From positions 8,847 through 72,846 of the forward strand of contig CAYRYB010000001.1 in NCBI GenBank assembly GCA_964428395.1: DNA of 64,000 bases. Reading direction: 5' to 3'. The position numbers and the translations under genes are program-made. Below are positions 19,361-29,198 of this stretch, piece after piece. The notes beneath the pieces were generated by a model. The model was not told the DNA's origin. It was given only the letters and a program-made list of their open reading frames with translations, and did no database searches. The stretch comes from an uncultured Methanosarcinales archaeon. GTDB lineage: Archaea > Nanobdellota > Nanobdellia > Woesearchaeales > SKGA01. The first letter of the stretch is position 1. The number at the start of each line of letters is the position of its first letter.

Positions 19361-20140
19361 TTAAAATCTCATTCTCGATTCTATGATGTCCTTTTTTTTC
19401 GTTATTGCGTTGATTATGAATTGTTCAAAATCTTCTTTAGGATAATTGGAATTTTCCACTTGAGTGCCATGCATTACTGCTAAGCTTCGTGCCACACCTG
19501 AAACCCAGAGAGGGGTTTGAGTATAATATCTTGATAAGAATGAATATAATAGCTTTAGTTGTGTTAGATGTTCTTTAAATGAATCTTCTGATGTTGTGCT
19601 CAAGTTCGTATCTAATCTAATATTAATTATTTTTTTTAGTTCTTCATTTGTAGCTTCTTCAGTATTTGTTTTTCCTCTATAATACACTCTGTTTTTGTGT
19701 AATGTTTCTCCTGATGATTTCAAGGATAAAAAAGGAAGATGTTCTGGAATACTTTCAACCATCAAAACTTGAAATTTTTTGTTTGTGATTGATTTCCACT
19801 CAACAGATGAATCATAGTCAAAATCGTGTATTGAATAAGTTAACTCTGAAGGTATGTAATTTGTTTGTTGACTCTGGATAACTGTTTTATCCGTAAATTC
19901 TGTTAATCCTATTGGAATTAATGAACCATCTTGTTCTTCTTTAACACCTATTACTAAAACTCCTCCTCCTGCGTTGGCAAATCCTAGTATGTGTTTAGCA
20001 AGTTTATCTTTGTCCATCCACTTTTCCTTAAAATCAATGTGATTATACTCGCCAGTATTGTTTTTTAATAGTTCTCTGAATTTTGCACGATCAGGAGATT
20101 CGCAAAATTTTGCGAAATCCTCTTTTATTGTATTTACCAT
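19361..20140 (-). CDS. Schlafen/AlbA_2-domain protein
   Basis: EYNHIDFKE...LAKHILGFANAGGGVLVIGVKE and YYRG.TNTEEA. Confidence 0.85.
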   Translation of the reverse strand: MVNTIKEDFAKFCESPDRAKFRELLKNNTGEYNHIDFKEKWMDKDKLAKHILGFANAGGGVLVIGVKEEQDGSLIPIGLTEFTDKTVIQSQQTNYIPSELTYSIHDFDYDSSVEWKSITNKKFQVLMVESIPEHLPFLSLKSSGETLHKNRVYYRGKTNTEEATNEELKKIINIRLDTNLSTTSEDSFKEHLTQLKLLYSFLSRYYTQTPLWVSGVARSLAVMHGTQVENSNYPKEDFEQFIINAITKKKDIIESRMRF

Positions 20141-20151
20141 GTGTTTACCAT

Positions 20152-21267
20152 TTATTCATCTTCAGACATGCCTAACATATTTATTTGTAGGTCTTTAATT
20201 AGTCTTATTAGTTGATTCAATCCTACTTCGTTTTCTATTGCAGGTATTAATTTGATTAGTATTTGTTGCATTCTTTCTGCAAAGTCTTTTTTATTTAGCA
20301 TGTCAATAAAGTAATTTCCTTTTGTGATGTTATATTGTTCTTTTAGTTTGTCTTCTATTTCTTTTTCTTTTTTTTTGAGTTCTTGCTTTGTTGTCTCTGA
20401 GATTGTTATTGAATCCCACATAAATGATATCTTTATGTTATATACTCTGATTTGTTTTTTGCTCATCGAGACTAGCAGTTTACTTATTTTCTCTTTTTGT
20501 TCTTTTGATATTCTATCTTCAATCATATCAAGAACGAGCAATAGTGATAATAAATATGGTTGCGCAACTATTATTATTGGATGCTTGTTCTTTATTGTTT
20601 TTCTAAACCATCTTACTTCTGTGTCAGATATTGTTGGCAGGATTTTTTGTTTTGTTTCTTCCAGGTATTGGTAGTATTTTTCTACAAATGAGTTATAGTC
20701 TAGCGCTCCGTCTTTAAATATGATAAATGCACTCAAACCTGGAACTTTTACCCTAAATGCGTTTTCTTCTTTTAAGGATAATACGTAATCTGCAAAAATT
20801 GATGTATTTTTGATTTCTTTTTTTACTTTCGCAGGAGTTTTCTCTCCTGATTCTAATACATAATATGCGTTACCTTTGCTAATTAGTTTTTTTTCTATGT
20901 CTTCTATTAGGTGTATTCCTTTTTCATCTAATATTTCTAAAAATTTTGAAATAAGTGGGTTGTGTTTATCAATTAGTTTTTTTGTTATTTCTTTTGATTC
21001 TGTTTTGGTCATTTCTTGCTGAAGTTCCTTTTGTCCTTGTAGTTTATCTAATGTAATTGCCTGATTTTTTTTTGAGATTTTAGTTATTACTATCGATAAT
21101 AATATGGATATTAATGCATAAAATAAAATAAGTTTTCTTACTTTAATAAAATCTGTTGTTATTATCAAAGATAATATCATCACAACTACTAAACCTGCTA
21201 TTACTATATTCACTAAGTTTTTCCCAGCTAAGTTGTTTATTCCGTTTATTATTCTGTCGTGGTTCAT
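20152..21267 (-). CDS. Two-TM protein with large soluble domain of unknown function
   Basis: Two N-terminal hydrophobic helices, then ~300 aa soluble region. Confidence 0.75.
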   Translation of the reverse strand: MNHDRIINGINNLAGKNLVNIVIAGLVVVMILSLIITTDFIKVRKLILFYALISILLSIVITKISKKNQAITLDKLQGQKELQQEMTKTESKEITKKLIDKHNPLISKFLEILDEKGIHLIEDIEKKLISKGNAYYVLESGEKTPAKVKKEIKNTSIFADYVLSLKEENAFRVKVPGLSAFIIFKDGALDYNSFVEKYYQYLEETKQKILPTISDTEVRWFRKTIKNKHPIIIVAQPYLLSLLLVLDMIEDRISKEQKEKISKLLVSMSKKQIRVYNIKISFMWDSITISETTKQELKKKEKEIEDKLKEQYNITKGNYFIDMLNKKDFAERMQQILIKLIPAIENEVGLNQLIRLIKDLQINMLGMSEDE

Positions 21268-21665
21268 TTGTGAATTATTGATGTTGGTATATTTAGACGG
21301 TCTATTGTTTTATTAACGAATAATCCTGTTATAAACCCAGCAAAACCTTTTTTTGAATCTCTGTAGTTTGATTGTGCAATTCTAAATGCAAAATTAACTT
21401 CTGTTATTATGTGAGAAAACTCTTGAGAATGGTCTCTAAAAAAGTATGCGAATGAATATAATTCATGAACTAAATCTGAATGCATACTAACTATTTGGGA
21501 TGCTGTAAAGTTTTGTTTTTTTATTTCTTCTGCCCGTTTAAGCCATTGTTCTATGAATTTATTTCTATTGAAGTTTTTGACTCCTTGATTTGAGTTTGTA
21601 TTGTATGTTAATCCTTGAAATGTTATTATTCCGTTAGAACTTATTCTGATAGGTTCATTTTTCAT
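21264..21665 (-). CDS. Hypothetical protein
   Basis: GGTGA SD; ATGA overlap with the downstream membrane gene. Confidence 0.7.
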   Translation of the reverse strand: MKNEPIRISSNGIITFQGLTYNTNSNQGVKNFNRNKFIEQWLKRAEEIKKQNFTASQIVSMHSDLVHELYSFAYFFRDHSQEFSHIITEVNFAFRIAQSNYRDSKKGFAGFITGLFVNKTIDRLNIPTSIIHK

Positions 21666-21716
21666 TTATTTCACCAATTGATTATTTAAGTGTGCAAATG
21701 TGTGTTGTATGTTAAT

Positions 21717-22211
21717 TCATTGGGAACTATTTTCTTCACCTGATCCTTCTTGGTGGATTATTCTATTTCGCCAATTCCTTACTGATTCTAATGTGTCAAA
21801 TGTTTTATCTTCTGAATCAATACCAAAATCATCTAAATGGTTTTTTATATATTCTAAAGAGATCATCTTACCAAAATGCACTTTATCTGCATTAGTTAAA
21901 TCCGATATTTGTTTTATGCTTTCAAAGCTATCCACTTTGTGCACCACAAACCCTTTTTCTAAAACAAGAGCTTTTAGTAAGAATTCAAAACCTATTCCTA
22001 AATATACTTTATCAATATCATCGTCGAATTGCATTTCAAATATTGGTTTACTGACTGATTCAATTATCTTATTGAATTTCTTATTTATGCTATTGTGTCC
22101 TGATTTCACTACGAATCTAAATTCCCATTCATAAAGGTTATTTCTTATTCTAGCAACATCTGCTGGCGTATCGTAGTCAAAATATTTATCTCCTTGTTCT
22201 TGATATGTCAT
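21717..22211 (-). CDS. HEPN-like protein
   Basis: Helical protein with E.LLKA mid-region and C-terminal RNRIIH (R-X4-H). Confidence 0.65.
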   Translation of the reverse strand: MTYQEQGDKYFDYDTPADVARIRNNLYEWEFRFVVKSGHNSINKKFNKIIESVSKPIFEMQFDDDIDKVYLGIGFEFLLKALVLEKGFVVHKVDSFESIKQISDLTNADKVHFGKMISLEYIKNHLDDFGIDSEDKTFDTLESVRNWRNRIIHQEGSGEENSSQ

Positions 22212-22212
22212 C

Positions 22213-22294
22213 TTATTCTACCTTAAACCCAATCCCTTCAAGGTTCTTCTTGATTTCTTCGTCAAGTCTTGCTCCTTCTTTCATTTGTTTTGCA
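22213..22294 (-). pseudogene. Duplicated hsdM 3' end (82 bp; encodes [26 protein letters not shown])
   Basis: 78/82 identical to 23180-23261; the four differences are all synonymous. Confidence 0.92.
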
Positions 22295-22311
22295 CTTCCA
22301 TCATCATTTTT

Positions 22312-23178
22312 TTATTGAAGTTTCTCTAAGATTTTCACTGATTCTTTATTCATCTTTGAGAATGCAAACCATTTCTTACCTAAGTCTTTTAAAGATGCTC
22401 CAAGATGATAAACTTCTTTTTCATCAATTATCAAAAATCTATCATGACTTTTATTAAATTCTTTTAAAACAATTGGTTCATATTGCGAATTAAACTTTTT
22501 AACATCTAATTGTAATTGTTTAGAAATATTCTTAGTATATATTCTAACGGAAACGTTTTTATTTCTTTTAGAAAATAAAGTAAGAACCGACTCATCAATA
22601 TAATTATCAACTAATATTAATGAAGTTTTTACTTTTTTTACTAAATCTGAAACAAATTTATAAGCATCAAAAACTTGCCCATCATAAAAAATTCCTTGTT
22701 TTGGTTCATTATGTTCCAATGCTTTAAACAATTTATCAAATTTTTTGTCATGTTCCAACAGTTTCATTTCAGTTCTGTCTAACCTTTGAAAGATCTGAGC
22801 ATTATTCACTAAGAAGCGTCGCATTTTTACAAAAGCATCAATTATTTGAATACTTATCTCAATGGCTTTATCACTTCTCAAAACAGCAGAAAGCATCGAA
22901 ACTCCTTGTTCTGTAAAAACATGAGGCAAACTTGAAGAATGTTTAAGAGATTTCAACCGGTCACAATTTGTGACCAGTTCATTTTTCTCATTTTCAGTCA
23001 GTTTAAACATAAAATGCTCTGGAAATCTTTCAATATTTCTTTTTACAGCTTGATTCAATACTTTTGTAGAAACCCCATATAAAATAGCAATATCATAATC
23101 AACAATAACTTGAATATTTCTAATAGTAAAAATTCTATCTTTAATATTGTCCGTGGAAATAGTTATTGATTTATTCAT
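22312..23178 (-). CDS. ORF6N (KilA-N-like) DNA-binding domain fused to PLD-like nuclease domain
   Basis: LYGVSTKVLNQAVKRNIERFPEHFMF...FTEQGVSMLSAVLRS; C-terminal SHDRFLIID..VYHLGASLKD. Confidence 0.85.
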   Translation of the reverse strand: MNKSITISTDNIKDRIFTIRNIQVIVDYDIAILYGVSTKVLNQAVKRNIERFPEHFMFKLTENEKNELVTNCDRLKSLKHSSSLPHVFTEQGVSMLSAVLRSDKAIEISIQIIDAFVKMRRFLVNNAQIFQRLDRTEMKLLEHDKKFDKLFKALEHNEPKQGIFYDGQVFDAYKFVSDLVKKVKTSLILVDNYIDESVLTLFSKRNKNVSVRIYTKNISKQLQLDVKKFNSQYEPIVLKEFNKSHDRFLIIDEKEVYHLGASLKDLGKKWFAFSKMNKESVKILEKLQ

Positions 23179-23179
23179 A

Positions 23180-24685
23180 TTACTCTACCTTGAACCCAAT
23201 CCCCTCAAGGTTCTTCTTGATTTCTTCATCAAGTCTTGCTCCTTCTTTCATTTGTTTTGCAAGTTCTGTTGTGAGTTTTTTCATCTTGTCTTCGAATGGT
23301 ATCCCGTCATCTTCCTCTTCTTTTGTCCCTACATATCTTCCGGGTGTTAGGATTCCTTGATGTTTTGTTAGTATTTCTTCTTTAGTTACTGATTTTGCAA
23401 ATCCTAATTCATCAACATTCTCTCCTTTCTGCCATTTGTGATAGGCGTCTGCAATCTTTGCTATATCTTCATCATTTAATGCTCTATTTCTTCGTGAGAT
23501 CATTTCTCCCATTTTTCGGGCATCAATGAAAAGGACTTCGTTTTCTCGTTTTCCTTTCTCGCGTCTAAAAAACCATAGACAAGCAGGAATCATAGTGTTA
23601 TAAAACAATTGAGATGGTAATGCAATCATACAGTCCACAAGGCCATTTTCTACTAAATTCTTCCGTATATCTCCTTCTCCTGAGGTATTTGATGACATTG
23701 AACCATTCGCTAAGACTGTTCCCATTATGCCATTTGGTGCTAAGTGGTAGAGCATGTGTTGTATCCATGCAAAGTTTGCGTTTCCTGTTGGTGGCACTCC
23801 ATATCGCCAACGAGGATCTTCTCGAAGTCTTTCTCCTCCCCAGTCAGATATGTTGAAGGGTGGATTTGCAAGAATAAAGTTTGCCTTCAAATCTTTGTGT
23901 TGGTCGTTGTGAAAGCTATCTCCAAGTTTTATATCAGCATCAATACTTCTTATTGCCATATTCATTTTAGCTAGTTTCCATGTAGTAGGATTTGATTCTT
24001 GACCGAAAATAGAAACATCATTTATTCTTCCTTGATGTTCTTCTATGAACTTTTCAGATTGAACAAACATTCCACCGCTTCCACAACAAGGGTCGTAAAC
24101 TCTTCCTTTGAATGGTTGGATCATTTCAACTAATAATCTTACAATTGAACGTGGCGTGTAGAATTGTCCTCCTTTTTTTCCTTCTGCATCTGCAAATTCC
24201 CCAAGGAAATATTCATATACTCTGCCTAAAATATCTTTTTTCTTTGACTCTTTATCTCCAAGACCTATTGTTCCAATTAAATCAATAAGTTCTCCTAATC
24301 TTCTTTTGTCAAGTGCAGGTCTTGCGTAATTTTTTGGAAGAACCCCTTTCAAAGAATGATTTTCTTTTTCTATCGCTTCCATAGCGTCATCAATGATTTT
24401 TCCAATTTCAGGTTGTTTAGCGTGGTCTTGTAAGTATAACCATCTCGCTTTTTTAGGAACCCAGAATATTCTTTCAGCAAGGTATTCATCCTTGTCCTCT
24501 GGATCAGCAAACCCCTCAGGGTCCTCCCGAAGCTTCTTATGAAGCGCTTCAAAACTATCAGAGATATACTTTAGGAATATTAAACCAAGAACAACATGCT
24601 TGTATTCTGCTGCATCCATATTGTTACGCATTTTATCTGCGGCAGCCCACAATTTCTGCTCAAAGCCTAAATTAGTCATCTTCAT
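23180..24685 (-). CDS. hsdM: Type I R-M methyltransferase subunit M
   Basis: [30 protein letters not shown] (N6-adenine MTase). Confidence 0.97.
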   Translation of the reverse strand: MKMTNLGFEQKLWAAADKMRNNMDAAEYKHVVLGLIFLKYISDSFEALHKKLREDPEGFADPEDKDEYLAERIFWVPKKARWLYLQDHAKQPEIGKIIDDAMEAIEKENHSLKGVLPKNYARPALDKRRLGELIDLIGTIGLGDKESKKKDILGRVYEYFLGEFADAEGKKGGQFYTPRSIVRLLVEMIQPFKGRVYDPCCGSGGMFVQSEKFIEEHQGRINDVSIFGQESNPTTWKLAKMNMAIRSIDADIKLGDSFHNDQHKDLKANFILANPPFNISDWGGERLREDPRWRYGVPPTGNANFAWIQHMLYHLAPNGIMGTVLANGSMSSNTSGEGDIRKNLVENGLVDCMIALPSQLFYNTMIPACLWFFRREKGKRENEVLFIDARKMGEMISRRNRALNDEDIAKIADAYHKWQKGENVDELGFAKSVTKEEILTKHQGILTPGRYVGTKEEEDDGIPFEDKMKKLTTELAKQMKEGARLDEEIKKNLEGIGFKVE

Positions 24686-24857
24686 TCCTCCTTAAAAACA
24701 TAGTATGCTCCTTCGTATTATCTAACTTTTTTATAAAACCAAACGTATAAGTTCATTCAGGTTATTAACTGCTGTTGAACCAGTATGGTCTCAGTGTATG
24801 TTTTTGTTTTTATTAAATCAAACCTCATATCACTCAAAAACCCTAAGTTCCTCAACG

Positions 24858-26627
24858 TTATCGTAAAGTAATTGCATTTCCAGAATTAACTATTTTTGCA
24901 TCTTCTGCATTAAGTAGTCTGATAAGTCGTTTAATTTCTACGTTAAGTTGCTCTGCTGCCGTTACTGCATTTGGAGCTCCCCCAAATTTTTGAAGCATTT
25001 CTATGATGGAATCAGCAATTACTCTAAGGCGAGATAAATACTCTTTAAAATGCACTAGTTCTTTTTTTAAGTTTAAATCTGTTTGTCCTTCTTTTCTTGC
25101 AATTTCCATTAAGTGAGCGTGTTCTCCTTCTAAAAGTCCAATTGCACTAGTTATTTCATCTCGTTGATGAGCAGCTTCTCCTCCTTGAGGTCCAGGTATT
25201 GTTACTCGTTCAGTTGCAATATAATGTAGAGACTGCTTCAGTTTATCAACACTTCTTGCAAGACGATGTGCATTACCAAAGATATCATCTGCCATCGTTT
25301 CATATTCTTTTTCCTTTTGTTTTGTCTCTATTTTCTCATCTTTAACAAGTTTTTGAATACGCGACAACTCGCCAACAAGCAATACATCTAATTGTTGTTG
25401 TAATGCTGTAAGCTGAGAAAGTAAAATAGTCATTTGTGATTCAAAGGATTGTACCTTAGCAATCACGGTTGGTTCATGTTCTACAAGGCTTCGTAATTGA
25501 TCTAAATGATTATGAGCTTCTGTTAATTGCATGCTAAATATTGCTGTTCGAACCGCCTGAGCTTCCAGATGTTTTGCTCGATATCCTGAAGAACGTAACT
25601 CTTCAGCTGATTTCATAACCATATCTTTTAATTGCGCAAGTTGTAATACCTTTGAGCGCACTTCCCGAAGTAAGTGCAGAAGATTTTTTGTATCATCTTG
25701 TAATAATTCTTTAACCATTCGTTGTGCAACATCAGCACCCGCGCTTGCTACGCGATTACTTACCTTGCTAAAAATTACATTAAGATGTTTTTCTTCATTT
25801 TTTTCTAAATCGTCATCATGACCCCATCTATCCAGTGAATGATCAATTTCCATCAAGATTTTGTCTAAAGCACTTTCATCAGTATCCTCATGTTTCATAG
25901 TAGTAATAAGCGTTCCAATTTCTCTAGCGAGCATTTGTGCATATCCGTGCGCAGAACTTTGATCATTTTGGTTCATTGCAGATGTTGCTCTTCGAAGAAG
26001 GTCAGCAAGTTTGTCAATCATTTGTAATTCTGACCCTGGAAGTTTTTTCATAGAATCTAATTTATCAGCAAGAGTTCCTAAATCTCTTTTTACTCTATCT
26101 CGCTGTTTCTCATCAAGTTCAAATTCATGTTTCATTTGTTTAATGTCTTTTTTTGCGCTCAAACTCTGTTTTTGTGCTGTTCGCATTTCAGTTAGCACTT
26201 CTGAATTGTTTTTTCGTAGATTGTTAAGAAACATGATAAACATGAAAATAATGGCTAAAATGAAAGATATGTTAAGAAAAGCCCCGCTCCAACTAAGTAT
26301 GGAATTGTAAAGAGACGGTGTTGCAAGTCCTAAAAGAGCAATTCCTACTGCAACCATTCGAGCATATTTTGTGTGCGCATCGTCTTTAAAAATAGTAAGT
26401 TTTCCTAAAAAGAACGATAAACCAAAAACGATGAGAACAACGGCTAAAAGGGGTAAAGAACCTACAATTCCACTGGCAAAGCCAGCACTGCTACCTTTAA
26501 ACAAGTATTTAAAGGCGTCAACAAAGCTTATCATGTCTGATTGTACAGAATGTTGCGCTGCTAAAGCTACTGGCAAAAGGAGAAAAAAAGATGTTACACC
26601 TGCAATAGAGAGTTTCTTCACGTACAC
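24858..26627 (-). CDS. Membrane-anchored long coiled-coil protein (paralog of 57339-58784)
   Basis: Signal peptide plus ~3 TM helices, then ~450 aa helical region; shared motif IF....H.KYA..(V/M)AVGIAL.G. Confidence 0.85.
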   Translation of the reverse strand: MYVKKLSIAGVTSFFLLLPVALAAQHSVQSDMISFVDAFKYLFKGSSAGFASGIVGSLPLLAVVLIVFGLSFFLGKLTIFKDDAHTKYARMVAVGIALLGLATPSLYNSILSWSGAFLNISFILAIIFMFIMFLNNLRKNNSEVLTEMRTAQKQSLSAKKDIKQMKHEFELDEKQRDRVKRDLGTLADKLDSMKKLPGSELQMIDKLADLLRRATSAMNQNDQSSAHGYAQMLAREIGTLITTMKHEDTDESALDKILMEIDHSLDRWGHDDDLEKNEEKHLNVIFSKVSNRVASAGADVAQRMVKELLQDDTKNLLHLLREVRSKVLQLAQLKDMVMKSAEELRSSGYRAKHLEAQAVRTAIFSMQLTEAHNHLDQLRSLVEHEPTVIAKVQSFESQMTILLSQLTALQQQLDVLLVGELSRIQKLVKDEKIETKQKEKEYETMADDIFGNAHRLARSVDKLKQSLHYIATERVTIPGPQGGEAAHQRDEITSAIGLLEGEHAHLMEIARKEGQTDLNLKKELVHFKEYLSRLRVIADSIIEMLQKFGGAPNAVTAAEQLNVEIKRLIRLLNAEDAKIVNSGNAITLR

Positions 26628-26677
26628 ACCTAGTTCTCATTTGGAAGAATTCCTTTAAAAAGGTTTGGTTTCAAAGC

Positions 26678-28783
26678 TTATAATCCTAAATTTTCAAGAA
26701 CTTTTTCTTTGTCAAAAGGTTCTAAATCATCATACGTTTGACCAGTACCTAAAAAGAGAATTGGTTTACCCGTAACATAACTTACGCTTATTGCAGCTCC
26801 ACCTTTATCATCTATATCTGCTTTAGAAAGTATAATGCCATCAATACCTACTGCTTCATTAAAAGCTACTGCTTGCTCAACGCAATCGTTACCTGTTATT
26901 GCTTCTCCCACAAAAATATTAAGATCTGGTTTGCTTATGCGCACAACTTTTTTTAGTTCATCCATTAAATTGCTGTTTGATTGTAGTCTCCCTGCAGTAT
27001 CAATTAAAACAACGTCAAGTCCTTTTGCATTCGCATGCTTTACAGCATCAAACGCAACTGCTGCAGGGTCTGCATTATAATCATGTTTAATGAGTTTCAC
27101 ACCTAATTTTGTTGTATGCTCTTCAAGTTGCTGTATGGCTGCTGCGCGAAAAGTATCTGCAGCTGCAACAACCATTGATAAATTGTTCTTTTGAAAATAA
27201 TGAATAAGTTTTGCTAATGTTGTTGTTTTTCCACTTCCATTCACACCAATCATGCAGATAATAAATGGTTTTTTTGTTCGTATTTTTTCAAGAATATCAA
27301 ATGTTGGAATAGTAAGTATTTCTTCTAAGGATTTTTTTAATGTGTCCATAATAACTTCTTGAACACTTTTTCGAGTAATATTTTCTTGTGTAAGCTGTGC
27401 TCGCAAGTCTTGTTTTATTTTTTCTATAACTTGAACAGCAACATTGTTCTCTAAAAGAGCCAATTCAAAGTCCCAAAAAAGTTCTTCAAACTTTTCATCA
27501 GTAAGTTGAAATTTTACAATGCTTTCTTTGATTTTTTTAAGAAGTCCTTTTTTCTGTTTCGTTGCATCTTTTGTGTCTTCTACAAGAAGGTCTGCATGAA
27601 CTGCTTCTTTCTTCTCCTCTAAAGATATTGATTGTTCTGGTTTTTGTTCGGCTTCCTGTTCGGATTCGCCTTCTGATTCTCCTTCTGATTCTCCTTCTGA
27701 TTCTCCTTCTGATTCTCCTTCTGATTTTGTTGCATCTTGCTTTGACAATGCAACAATAGGTTCTGTATCTTTTTTTTGTAAGGATTCATCTTCTTGTTGT
27801 GTTGCTGTTTTTTGCGTCGGTATTGTTTGTGTTGGCGTTTCTGGTGTTGGAATTATTTGAGTTTGTTCTGAAGATTTTTTCCCAAAAATCTTTCCAAAAA
27901 ATCCTTTTTTCTTTTCCTCAACAACATCATTTTCTTCTTGAACTGTTTGTTCTTGTGTTGATTGTTCTTGTGTTAATTGTTCTTTAGTTTTTTCTTGTTC
28001 TGACTTTTCAGGTTCTTCTTTCTGTTCTTCAGATTCTTTTTGCTCTGACCCTTCAGACTCTTCATCTTCTGTGTTTTCTTTTTCTTCTTGCTCTTCTTTC
28101 TGTTCTTCAGGCTCTTCTTGCTCTTCAGGCTCTTCGTCTTTTGTCTTTTCTTTTTTTTCTGAGTCTTCTTTCGGTTTTTCAGGTTTTTCTTGCTTTTCTT
28201 CAGGTTCTTTTTCTTCTAATTCTTCTTTTGCCTCTTGCACTACTTGTTCTTTAGTTTCTTCTTGCTCTGGTTCTTCTTTCTGTTCTTCAGATTCTTCTTG
28301 TTCTTCAGATTCTTCTTGCTCTGGTTCTTCTTTTTGTTCTTCAGGTTCTTTTTCCTCAGGTTCTTCTTGCTCTGGTTCTTCTTTTTGTTCTTCAGGTTCT
28401 TTTTGCTCCAATTCTTCTTTTTTCGTTTCTGTTTCAAGCGTTTCTGACTCTTCTGTTTGTTTTATTTCATCTACTGCTTGCTTATCAACATCTACTGTCA
28501 AAGAAGCATTTTTTTCTGAAGAATCTTCTAAAGGTTCCTTTAAAGATTCCTTTGAAGGTTCTTCTAAAGATTTCTCTGGAAGTTGTTCTAAAGATTCTTC
28601 TTGCTTTTCTTTTGTTGTTGAAACAGAAACTTTTTTCTTTGGTTCGTTCTTTGTTTCAGGAGAAGGTATTTGCTCTGCTTGCAGTGTTGTCTCATCTTCA
28701 ACAATTTCTTCTGCTTCTTCTTCTGCTGACTTTGAAAACTTCGAAACAACGTCCTTTATTTTATTTTTAAGAAATTTAAACAA
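26678..28783 (-). CDS. ftsY: SRP receptor FtsY with long acidic repetitive N-terminus
   Basis: GVNGSGKTTT, DTFRAAA, DTAGR, SKADIDDKGG, FLGTGQTYDDL. Confidence 0.96.
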   Translation of the reverse strand: MFKFLKNKIKDVVSKFSKSAEEEAEEIVEDETTLQAEQIPSPETKNEPKKKVSVSTTKEKQEESLEQLPEKSLEEPSKESLKEPLEDSSEKNASLTVDVDKQAVDEIKQTEESETLETETKKEELEQKEPEEQKEEPEQEEPEEKEPEEQKEEPEQEESEEQEESEEQKEEPEQEETKEQVVQEAKEELEEKEPEEKQEKPEKPKEDSEKKEKTKDEEPEEQEEPEEQKEEQEEKENTEDEESEGSEQKESEEQKEEPEKSEQEKTKEQLTQEQSTQEQTVQEENDVVEEKKKGFFGKIFGKKSSEQTQIIPTPETPTQTIPTQKTATQQEDESLQKKDTEPIVALSKQDATKSEGESEGESEGESEGESEGESEQEAEQKPEQSISLEEKKEAVHADLLVEDTKDATKQKKGLLKKIKESIVKFQLTDEKFEELFWDFELALLENNVAVQVIEKIKQDLRAQLTQENITRKSVQEVIMDTLKKSLEEILTIPTFDILEKIRTKKPFIICMIGVNGSGKTTTLAKLIHYFQKNNLSMVVAAADTFRAAAIQQLEEHTTKLGVKLIKHDYNADPAAVAFDAVKHANAKGLDVVLIDTAGRLQSNSNLMDELKKVVRISKPDLNIFVGEAITGNDCVEQAVAFNEAVGIDGIILSKADIDDKGGAAISVSYVTGKPILFLGTGQTYDDLEPFDKEKVLENLGL
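27669..27727. repeat. 12-bp tandem repeat (~5 copies, EGES) inside ftsY
   Basis: CCTTCTGATTCT repeated. Confidence 0.9.
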
Positions 28784-28793
28784 GTAATCTCAC

Positions 28794-29198
28794 CTATTGT
28801 GTTGATTCGATTTGGGATTGCAATTGCATGGCTTTACTTACCGTCTCTTCATAAAGTGAAGAGAATTGTTGTTGCTGTGTTAGTAATTGTTTTTGCTGTT
28901 TATCTACTGTGCTCAATGATTCTTCTATTGTTTTACTTACAACAACGCCTGCACCAATCGCCTGCTTTACTTCTTGAACATTATCCGCTTTTGTAGTTAT
29001 AAAAACTCCGCTACCAATGGGAATAAGAAGTTCATCCCCGCTTTTTGCTTTTTGTAATGCAGAAAGCATGTTTTTTGCTAAAATAGATTGCTCCAATTTA
29101 AGTTCAATTTGCTCAAGTTGCGCATCTAACTCTTTAAGTTTTTGATTGGTTAGTTCTAAATCAACATATGCTTGTGTATTTTTTTCCATGTGTATCAC
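28794..29198 (-). CDS. pfdA: Prefoldin alpha subunit
   Basis: ELLIPIGSGVFI...VKQAIGAGVVV; aIF6-pfdA-ftsY synteny. Confidence 0.92.
   Translation of the reverse strand: MIHMEKNTQAYVDLELTNQKLKELDAQLEQIELKLEQSILAKNMLSALQKAKSGDELLIPIGSGVFITTKADNVQEVKQAIGAGVVVSKTIEESLSTVDKQQKQLLTQQQQFSSLYEETVSKAMQLQSQIESTQ

Larger units (their letters stand above)
11975..24685. other. Defence island: radC plus type I R-M with interleaved cargo genes
   Basis: Accessory genes, mostly tightly coupled, between core genes; no integrase seen. Confidence 0.85.

Noticed and set aside
11640-24857. Island as an integrative element with att sites
   Set aside because: No integrase or transposase, no tRNA at the borders, and no flanking direct repeat found by eye.
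28071-28787. Ser/Phe-rich 238-aa ORF and neighbouring short ORFs
   Set aside because: Antisense or alternate frames of the Glu-rich ftsY repeats.
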